From assembly GCF_001194135.2 (NCBI RefSeq), contig NC_068982.1, forward strand, positions 106,754,945 through 106,818,944: a stretch of DNA of 64,000 nt, written 5' to 3'. Under the pieces are notes generated by a model. The model worked only from the letters and a program-made list of their open reading frames with translations. It ran no database searches and had not been told where the DNA came from. Made by a program: the position numbers and the translations under genes. Below are positions 24,973-36,239 of this stretch, piece after piece. Source of the stretch: Octopus bimaculoides (taxonomy: Eukaryota). Position 1 is the first letter of the stretch, and the number at the start of each line of letters is the position of its first letter.

Positions 24973-27900
24973 CCACCATCATTTTATAGCTCAATGCAGG
25001 TGTTATTTTTTCCCAGTTTTAGTTACTATATCATGGCCATGCTCTGACTTCACCTGCTTGAATATAATTAACTGCATTGACACCAGGACTTACTTTCTTC
25101 ACTTCAAAAGAATAAAAGGCGAAGTTGAATCAGGTACAATTGGAACTCAGAAAATAAATGGTTGTAACAAAACCTAATGACCTTTGTCCAACACTCAATT
25201 TTGCCATACTCCAATACCACCATCCATATAAAATACTATACTTACCCATACAGAATTTTCTCTTTCAACAATCCATTTTGGTAAAGCAATACCAAATCGA
25301 GTAACTAGTAAAAAAACATAGAAATTTGGATTTAATTTTCTCAGTAATTATAGTTATTCTAGAAATCTTCAAAAGGCAGTTAAAACGGAAAACTATTCTA
25401 TTTATTACTCTTCAATTTAACAACTAAAACAAAAATATTCAAATTTAGAGATGATTACTTCAAATAATTAACATTTAATCTTATATACATTACGAAAACC
25501 AAATATAATCTTATACACATTACAAAAACCAGATATAATCTTATACACATTACAAAATCCAGATATAAAGTAGGTTATGCTAAATTAACATATATATAAG
25601 AACATCTTGATTTAACACCATAAATTTCACAGTAAGTTTGGTTTACAACACAATAATATAACTCCAAACATATTGATAAACTAAATTTTTTATACTATAT
25701 ACCTCCAGGACCATCAGGATTGCCATATTCTTCCCAGTTCTTTCGTGATTCTTCATCTGTTAATCTAAAAGACAAAATTTTTTAATTAATTTACACAGTG
25801 AAAAAAGTATATTGCTATTTTCTTTTACCTTACATTTAAGAATTTCAAACCATGGTCTCAAAAAAAGAAAAAAGAAAAAAAAATCAGTTATCTTAAAAGT
25901 TTTCATCAAAAATACAAGTATTTTGTAATGTGTTTAAAAGCAAATCTTGAAATTACAAGAATTGAAAAGAATTTTCTGATTATACTATTTATAGTCTATT
26001 TTCACATACTCTTTACATTCTATTAAGTTATACTTACGCAGCATATGCCTTTGCTATCCGCATAAACTTTTTTGAATCTCCAGACTCTCTGTCAGGATGG
26101 TATATTAAACTGAGTTTCCTAAAGGCCTTTTTGATGTCTGCTGTGCTTGCCGACTTTCAGTAAAAGTTAAAAAAAAGGAGGAAACGAAATTTATTCGAAT
26201 GCCATTAAATAAATATCAAAAATATATAATCCAAACATCAAGTGAAGACTAATAAAAAAAATGCAATTATTTTTTTCCTTCTTTAATGATTTGGTTGGAA
26301 GAAAGAAACCATGCCCAGGGCCCTTGCAAATCATTTAAGACTAGTGACAACTTGAAAGAAAATATAGACAGGGAAGGAATTCCTGAGAGTTGAAGTTCAG
26401 TGGAGAAAGAGTTGGCAAAGTGATTACTGTGGTGCCTAGAAGATGGAGATAATATAATTGACAAGGGAAGTAGAGATGAGTGAATAAGCACCTGGACAGG
26501 AATGACACAAAAGTAGCTAGCTCCATGAGGTAGAATTCACTGTAGTAGTTTAGAAAAGACAGAGAGAGGATACAGAATGCTTGTAGGTGAGAGATAATAG
26601 CAACTCCATGCTAATCAGTCAGGCAGCCATTTATTGGATGTTATCTAGAATGTTCACAATTCTATCATCAACATCAACTCAGGTATGAGAGCAGTATTCT
26701 ATTATAGGTCTCACCTGAACATTGTAGCGAATTAATAGCTGTTGGGAGTATTTTACAGCATAAAGAGCAACTTTCTTTATGTTGTGAGTGTGAGTCACTA
26801 GGAGAAATAATCAGCGATAGTGAGGTCTAGTATTTGTAGCATCTTTGAAGTTGTATGTTATCAAATAGTCAGTTACAAATTTGTTTCTTTCATAAATGCT
26901 GAGATTGCATCTTTGTCCAGTTAAAAGACAATATTGACAAACGTTCATTGAGAAAATGTTTTTGAAGTCTTCTTAGAGTCATTGCAGGTTCTGCATGAGA
27001 ATGAGCATCGTTAGAGTAATGACAAGTAGATCTTTCAGGGACATAACTAAAGTTTAGGCCACAAACACTCATGTAATGCACAATGCAATTAACAATGCCC
27101 AGTGAGCTTGGTCTAGCAATCAATAGAATTGGAAGTACCCACCTCAATTTTATTTGTTAGAGAAGTACCAAATCATCATTTTCGAGAAAATCAAATGGGT
27201 ATCTAAATCATTAACTCCCAAACTAATAAAAATTCATTAAAATGTTATGATTAGTTGACAAAGAAACCAAGGGAAGCTATTTAACAGACTCAAACTAGCA
27301 ACATAAAAAAAGTAACTGGTTAATAGCAGCTTTCAATGGCTCAAAACTTGGGGGTAATAACTATATTTATAGTTAAGAGTGGGCAAACATAATGAAGAGT
27401 CAAAAAATATTCTTGAGTAACTGAAAGATAAGAGGTAAAAAAACAGTAATGATTATAATTCTTTTTTTATTAAAAAGAAGGGAGATAACTCCAAATGTAA
27501 CTTGAGCGAGTCTGCTTTTTTGGTAGTTACAGTGACAAACCAGAATATTTTAGTTTTACCAGCTCTGAGAATGATAGAGGGAGTATAAATTTTGTGTGAG
27601 AGTTATTGATTGATGAAGCAATTTAAAATAATGATGCTGGAAAATTTCCTAGAGATGCCTTCTGCATGGAGGACGTATAAGCTAATTTATTTAGATTCAT
27701 ATTCTATAGATCTGCTAATTTAAAATTTTGTTTTAGCTACAGAAGTGCATTTTACAGCTAAATGTATTAATAGATAGTAGAAGAAGGGTCAGACCTACAT
27801 AATAAAAATGTATTAGTGGTTAATTTAAAAAGCTGTTTGGCATATTTAACACAAGGAAACGTTTTACAATATATTGCAATATTATTCACCATAACTAATT

Positions 27901-29515
27901 AAAATGTTAGTTAAAATTGGTATTTAGAGGACCGATTGCAGAAGCTACCCAATTGTTTGTTAAGCATTAAACAAATTACTTTTGAGACACTCGTAATTAT
28001 AACAGTGTATAATTGCAAAAGCTACAAACTGTACAAACATGCATGTGAAAAAGAAAAAAAAGAACAGCTGTAAATACACTAGACGCAATGAGTAGTTCTG
28101 GGTTGAAGACATACAAAATGTAAAGTTGCATATAGGTGCAGGCATGGCTGTGTGGTTGAGTAGTTTGCTTCCCTTGTGCCCGTGGCATGTGCAAGAACTT
28201 TCGAGCGAGATCGTAGCCAGTGCCACTGGACTGGCTCTTGTGCGAGTGGCACGTAAAATACACCATTTTGAGCGTGGCTGTTGCCAGTACCGCCTGACTG
28301 GCCTTCGTGCCGGTGGCACGTAAAAGCACCCACTACACTCTCGGAGTGGTTGGCGTTAGGAAGGGCATCCAGCTGTAGAAACTCTGCCAAATCAGATTGG
28401 AGCCTGGTGTAGCCATCTGGTTTCACCATTCCTCAGTCAAATCGTCCAACCCATGCTAGCATGGAAAGTGGACTTTAAACGATGATGATGATGATGATGA
28501 TTAAGTCATAGTGCAAGGTACCTTGGGCAAGTGTCTTTTAACTATATCACCAGGCTTACTAAAACTTAGTGAGTGTATTTGGCAAACAGAATCTGAAAGA
28601 AGCCCATTATGTGCATGTCTCCTTGTCTTGACATCACTTGATAGTTGTAAATGAGCAACACCAATATACAAGTAGTGACCTTCATTTCCAGTCAGCTATA
28701 AAAAACATGCCTTGCCATGGAGATACAATACCTTATTTGCAAACAGGTAAATGTTAGTGACAGGAAGGGCATCTGGTTGTATAAAATTTATTTCAACAAA
28801 TACCATCCAACCCATGTAAGCATGGAAAACTAGATATTAAAACAATAATGAGGCAGTAAACTCACCCTATCAACACTCAACTCAGTGAAAGGATCATATT
28901 CAACATAATCCATCTGACTCATTGAAACTTTGTAAAGTAACAAGAAGAAAATAATCCATCCTAGAGCAAGTCCAATGTTACTGAAAAACAAGAGAAAAAA
29001 TATTTCTTTTAATATGTCATTAAGTAAGATAAAGACCAAAATATTAGAAAATAGCAGGAAGAAGACAAATGATGTGACATCAACTGAATAATGTAACCGG
29101 ACTAAGAATCATGAAGAGTTGTATCATGAATTCCTTAAAGACAACAGAGATAAAGAAACTATTGTTGGCTATGTATGTCTGCCAAAACATTACATATAAG
29201 AGATAATTTAATAATACATTTTTACATCTCATTAAGTTACAACTGGACTGGGTTACTTGAATGTACATAGGTTTAGACTTAGCTTTTAAATTAATGGTAG
29301 TAAATAACATAGACAAAGTAACAGAGTAGAGTGATGAGGGGAAATTAGATAGAATGTGTAACAGGTAGAATTGCATACCCCCTATTGGCCAGCCTAAGAG
29401 GGGCAGGTGAGATCAGGTCCTGGCAGAGAGCACTCAAAGCCTTACATCTTGAGGAGAGGCCAACTACAAGTCAATTAAAGGAGTTGTCAATCTTAAAATT
29501 CAGTTCAATGTGTAC

Positions 29516-29546
<31 letters not shown>

Positions 29547-32500
29547 CTCTCTGAGTGGTTGGCGTTAGGAAGGGCATCCAGCTNNNNNNNNNNTAGCATG
29601 GAAAGCGGACGTTAAACGATGATGATGATGATATATCAGGTGTCTTCTATCTCTCTTACTCCTACAATGACCTCTACTCTTTAGTACTGGCTGATTCCAT
29701 GCCACTTCTTAGACACTCCTGATTCATTCATCTGTCATTCAGCCTGTGCCTGCCATTACACATTTACTCCAGGCTCCATACAAACCACTACACACAACTC
29801 TCCTTCTCCAGACGTCATCACTCTCAAACTTCCTTGCTGTTCCCGTTATCCCTGCAGTTGTTATTTGTAACTAGCCAAGAGTAACCATAACTGCATCAAT
29901 ATCACCCAGTCTTGAAGGGTCTGTGAAGGCTATGGACACAGTCACTTCCTACAGTCTAATGAGACTAAAAGAAAAAGAAATGAGGTATTTTTGTGTTTCT
30001 AAATGATCTCAAACAATTTATATAAGTGTCTAAATTTTTAGACTTATCCAACTTAAACTGCACAGAATAAGATAAAAAAGCAAAAAGACAAAAATAAAGT
30101 AGAAACTTACATCCCCTTCTGTTTGGCTTTTGTCCATGGTTCACTGACTTTTAATTGTCTTTGTTTTTCTCTGCATGGAGGGCATATACACTTTTTCTCA
30201 GTATCACTAGCACTATCTACAATTGAAAAGAAATACCAACTCAAATAAAGTATGTGCATTGCTGTTCCATTCTGCCACAATTTCAGAAGACATACATGAC
30301 ACATTGGTAATTCAAAAATTAATAAACAAGACAAAAATTCCTTTTTCCATAGATGCAAACAAGGCTGTGTTGTTAAGAAGTTCACTTTGCAACCATGTTT
30401 GATCCCTCTGCATTGCACTCAGAACAGATGTCTTTGATTACAGCTTCAGGTTCATCATCATCATCATTTAACATCTGCTTTCCATGCTGGCATGGGTTGG
30501 AATGTTTGACTGAGAACTGGTAAGCCACACCAGATTCCAATCTGATTTGGCATGGTTTCTCTGGCTGAATGCCCTTCCTAACGCCAACCACTCCAAGAGT
30601 GTAGTGGGTGCTTTTTACATGCAACTGGCATGGGTGACAGTTACATAACACTAGCATCAGCCATGACTATGATCTCACTTGCCTTGACAAGTCTTCTCAA
30701 ATGTGGTATATTGCCAAAGGTCTTGGTCACTTGTCATTGCCTCTGTGAGGCCTAACGTTCAAAGAGTGCTTTTTACATGCCACTGGCACAGGTCCCAGTT
30801 ACACAACACTGGCATCAGCTTGACGGGTCTTCTCAAGCACAGCATATCACATCAGTCACTTGTCATTGCCTCCATGAGGCCCAACGTTCAAAGATCATGC
30901 TTCACCACCTCATCCTATGTGTTCCTGGGTCTACTTCTTCCACTGTTAGAGATCATCACTTCTTCACACAGCTGTCCTCAGCCAGAATTTAGTAGACAGA
31001 AACTGTGCAGAAGTTTGTCATGTGCATGTAAGGCATACCAATGTTGATGCCACTTTATGTCCAGTAACTTAGCAGTTCAACAAATAGATTTATATATAGC
31101 AGATTGAAGTATACTGATATGATCAAGTAAAAATATTTGAAGTGGATACCCAAGTATATAGGAGCAAGCATGGCTGTGTGGTATGAAGATGGCTTCCCAA
31201 CCACACACCTCCAGGTTCAGTCCCATTGTATGGTATCTTGGGTGTCTTCTACTATAGCCCCAATTCGAACAATGCCTTGGAAGTGGATTTGGTAAGTGGA
31301 AACTGAAAGAAACCCAGCATGTGTGTGTGTGTGTGTGTGTGTGTGCCACAGCACCACTTGACAACCAGTGTCAATTTGTTTACATCTCCTTAACTTAGTA
31401 GTCTAGATTAAAAGAAAGACAGAATAAGTACCAGGCTTAAAAAAATAAACACTAGGGGTTGATTCCTTTAATTAAAACTCCTTCAAGGCAGTGCCCCCAG
31501 CATGGCCAGTCCAATGACTGAAACAAGTAAAACATAAAAGATCCAATGACTGAGATCAGTAAAAGACTATGCATTATTCATCATTATCATTTTGCTATAC
31601 ACTTTTCCATATTTGCATGGACCAAATAAAAATTGTTGAAGCAGATTACCAATGGTCAAGTGCTTTCCCTGTCACCAACCCTCACCTGTTTCCAAGAAAG
31701 ATATTTCCCCTCATCCTTTAAATATGAGCAGCATAGTGGTTTGGACATGATTTCATGGAATTGTCAACAAACACCATTTCCATCATAGTAACATTCGTTG
31801 ACAAGCACATGATATCAAAACAAGGAGAAGCAGACACACATATACAACTGGCTGCTGTCAGCTCCTGTCAACCAAATCTACTCACAAAATTGGCTTTGGA
31901 TGGTTCAGACCTCTAGTAGAGAATAAGGTGTTGGGCAGTGGAAATGAACCTGAAACCACATGGCTGCAAAGTAAATTTTTTAACCACAACCATATCTATG
32001 CCCATCCACACCCGCATTAATGATTTCAGCTGTTACTCACTAGGGTAGTGTGTAAAATCAGAAATAAATTGTCTTATGTACTACTGTATGTGAATGTTTC
32101 CATACTGTATTTTTTATACAACCTGCAGCCTGTTCAGCACATGACAAGTTAAATGGAGACATGCCATACACTTAGCATTCAAATAAATTGTTAAAAACTT
32201 CAGATTTTCAGTTAATTGTATCAAATGGGGAAATGGTAGCAATGGTGTACAAAAATAGCAATGGCTCTTTTACACTGGGTCACAATTATAACTTTATAGC
32301 GAAAGAAAAGTTCTTTAAGTCCATTTAACTTTTTTACTATACGAAAATAGTAAATATTGATTAAAATACTGCATATTTTATTATTTCTGAAACAATAGAT
32401 ACATTTTGATACCATCTATACACACGCCAAACAATTTCTGTTGCATCGTTAAAACATTCAGCTTGTTCATTTAATATAATAGTAAAGCTTGTTTCATAGG

Positions 32501-35381
32501 CACAGGATTTAGAGGGAAATATATTGAAAAGTTAAATGAGTGTACTTGCACATGTAGCAACGTTCATCTAGGATGAGTTGAATAAACTGGACCCAGTAAA
32601 ATTAAAGTATCACATACAGAAGCCAACCACACTTGGTATCATGGGCACCTAACACTGAGATCATCTGTTAGTCATGATTCCAAGGGCGGACAACATATAT
32701 ATGCAAGGACCAAATATAGATTCTAGATACACCTTGACCATAATAATCCATATTTTCAGTTGCTCACCTCACTACTTACACTGTCCTGCAAGTTTGCCTG
32801 TTGACAAAAGGCATGACTGAACTAATGAAGGCACCTTTTGGACAAAATTGTTGAAGGGAATCAATCTGACAATGATGAGGAATTTGGAGCTGGACACAAA
32901 ATCAGTAAAAGAGTAAACACAATGGATTCAGAAGGCAAAAGTGGTCATATATTCCCAGCCTGCATAAGTAACCACATGACTGAATGGTAATTAAGCACTT
33001 GATACTTGGGAAAATTTGTAGCTATACATGGATCTCTGGCCAAGCTTAAAACCAGCTTTGAAGATAACAATGCAGTACACACCCAGTGAATGCTGGCAAC
33101 TACCGTATATGCCAGCATATAATATGACTATGTGTACAAGATGACCCTATTTAAAAAGTGAGTTTTGAACTATACTTGCTGTATAGAAAATAGGTCAAGC
33201 ACTGAAGGTGCAAAGTTCATAGCTAAAGGGGTCAAGTGAAAAGACATTGTGGCCTTCCAAGATTCCAACATGGAGTCAACCAGTAACCAAATCAGTATGG
33301 TTTTTATAGGAGCTGAGGTTGTATAGATCAAATGTTCACCTTCAAGAGAATTCTAGAACAATGTTGAAGATAGCAATAACAAACCATTTGCAGCAGCCTT
33401 TGATTCTTTTAACTGCAGCACACACACACACACACACCTGAGATCTCATATGTGCAGTTGAATTACTTGTGAAGCTACTGAATCTAATTAGGGCACACAA
33501 CAGCTCTTGCAACTTGTCAAATTTCTTCCAACCATTTGAAGTTTTTCAATTTTTCCCCAGATTATTCTTTTATTAATGTTGTTCAGTAGTAATTTTACAT
33601 GCTGATGATGTAAACCGCATTCATTTCTTCTAGGAATTAATAATAAAGTTACAAACATTTAAAGTTATGCAATTTTAGCCAATCGAAAGCCTTCGTTTGG
33701 CAGGATATTGTTTGTGCTGATTTCCATTACCATGGAGATCAACACACATACAAACCTTCGACCTGCTAGAAATAGCAGCCAAATTTTCCCTAAACTATAA
33801 CATAACGTCTAAAAACCCCAAAATACGAAACATTGTGACACAGCACAGTTTATTTTCTCACTTGAAGCAGGCCCAAGAGCTTTCTACTTGTTGGGTGTTA
33901 TTTAAATTAAATGAATCTCCACTCGAATTTAAATGTTTTTTGTCGTACTCACAACACTCGAAAATTATAAACAAAGCTTAAACACCATACTTTGTTTACA
34001 ATTTTACCATAGAGATAACAAAAAGAAAGTTTATTTAATATCGATCTGTGAAAACCAGTGAAAGTTTCAAGGGTCGACCAAAAATTACACCTGTAACAAT
34101 GTTTCGTCCTTTTCGTTTGGTGGTTAGACTCTATTAACAATTTTCGTAGGTTGTGAGTGGGACAAAAGATTTACATACGTGGAGATTCACTTTAACTTAA
34201 AAGTTATGAACAACAAACACTCAACAAGTAGAAAGCACTTGGGCCTGCCTCAAGGGAGGAAATAAACGGAGCTGTGGCACAATGTTTCGTCCTTCGTGCT
34301 TTTCAGACGTCATTGAAGTTTAAGGAGGATTTGGCTATGTCAAGCAGGTCGAGAATCATGTAAAGGTTTGTGTGAAGATCAGCATAAATATGCTGCCAAA
34401 AGGAGACTGACAATTGGCTAAAATTATATAAGCTTGTAACTTTTAAAAATAATTTGGTGAAAATTTTAAAAACTTCAATTAGTTGGAAGAAATTTAACAA
34501 GCTCTACATGAGCAAATGTCCGCTGTTAAGATGAAGAACCTGATTCCTTCAAAATTTGTTCTCATGTACAGCAGGTATGTTTTCTATCTCCACTGCTCTT
34601 CAACTGTTGACTGAATCACAGAGTCGGTATAGTTACTAAATCTAGAGGACTGTCCCGGTGCCACTATTGGACACGATTTGAAAATCAATGCAGTCAAGAC
34701 AAAGGTTTTATTTGCAAACATCTCACTCTGTATTAAAAAAGCCCTTCCAATATTGAATGTCAAAATTCTGGATGAGGTTGATCAATTCACATACTGTGGT
34801 GCTATTTTCACTACCATAGGCTGCATTCTATCTAGAGAATGATATTTTAAATGTCAAATCGTCCTTACAAGACTAGACATTGGCATAAAAGGTCTCTCAA
34901 TGAAGATGAGCCTTCATAATAACATTTTCACTACAAAAGAATATATATATATATATACAAAGCCCAACCACGTTTGATGGTGACAATGCATCTAAGATCG
35001 CCAAAACATCATGTCAAAGTCTAGTTTTACTTGTCAGTGCCAAGACAATCAGTTAACACACTCTCCACAGAACATCACTACCCCCACACACAAAGCCCAA
35101 AATTTCTTCTCCCTCTGCTCTTTTGTTCCTCTGAACAACTCCTGCTTTCCGAAATCTGCCTATCCACATTTTCACCACACTTAAGTCAATAAGATTTCAA
35201 GCTAGACATCAACTAGATCAACCTGACCAGTCTGGGTGCGTTTGAACATATCATGCACGAGGTTCTTTCTCTTCAGACTTTTTGTAAAAAGCCCAAGATA
35301 AGGATGATTGGAATCCCATTACTTTAGGTAGGTGTCTTATCTTAATAGACCTTTACAGAAGACTAATGTCGATTTAGTCGG

Positions 35382-35436
<55 letters not shown>

Positions 35437-36201
35437 GCTGTTGATAAATAAGCAATGTTTCTAACTTCAACTCTATGCAAAGTCGTAAAATAAACTTCAA
35501 CGTCACCAAGATGTAGACAATTCACCTAAGATTTAACAAAACTTTTCACCAAGTAAACTGAAGAAATTAAGATAGTCTCTCCTTTGAGCTTTCATAGAAG
35601 TTTGTTTTTTTATGTAGTTTCCAGATTAAAACAACTAATTAAATTATCATAAACTGTGATTTAATTTACTGATTTTATTGATATTAACGGAACGTATTTC
35701 CAAATACACGGTTTAACTTATGAAATTCATCATTTGGATCTTTTTTAAAACGGGGGCCACATTTTTCATTAACGAAACACTTTGAAACTTGGAATACTGG
35801 TAGAATGTGTCATATAAAACATCATTTTCTCTTAGTCTTCTTAAAAAAAAACGAAGCTATGGAAATTAAATACGCTTTACATCGCTTAATCAGCCAAAGG
35901 AGTAAATATAAACAACTGAATACTTGTCAGTGATTGGTTGAAATTATCGAAATAAGGCAATTTTTTACATGAAATAAATTCGAATACAAAAATATTTTTC
36001 TGTTCTATAACACAAAATAGATAAGTATACGAAGTTTGAAAGTCTTCCGGTACCAAAAACACTACGTAAAACATTAATGAAAAATGTGGCCCCCGTTTTA
36101 AAAAAGATCCCATCATTTCTTTGTATGGTGAAAATTAAATCGTTAGAAAACGCCGGTTTCAATTTTTTTTTTTAATTATCGACATAAATTATTGCGTGTT
36201 T

Positions 36202-36239
<38 letters not shown>

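Noticed and set aside
29584-29593. Shortened RTE tail suggesting a deletion variant
   Set aside because: It is an assembly gap. About 82 bp are expected from sister copies.
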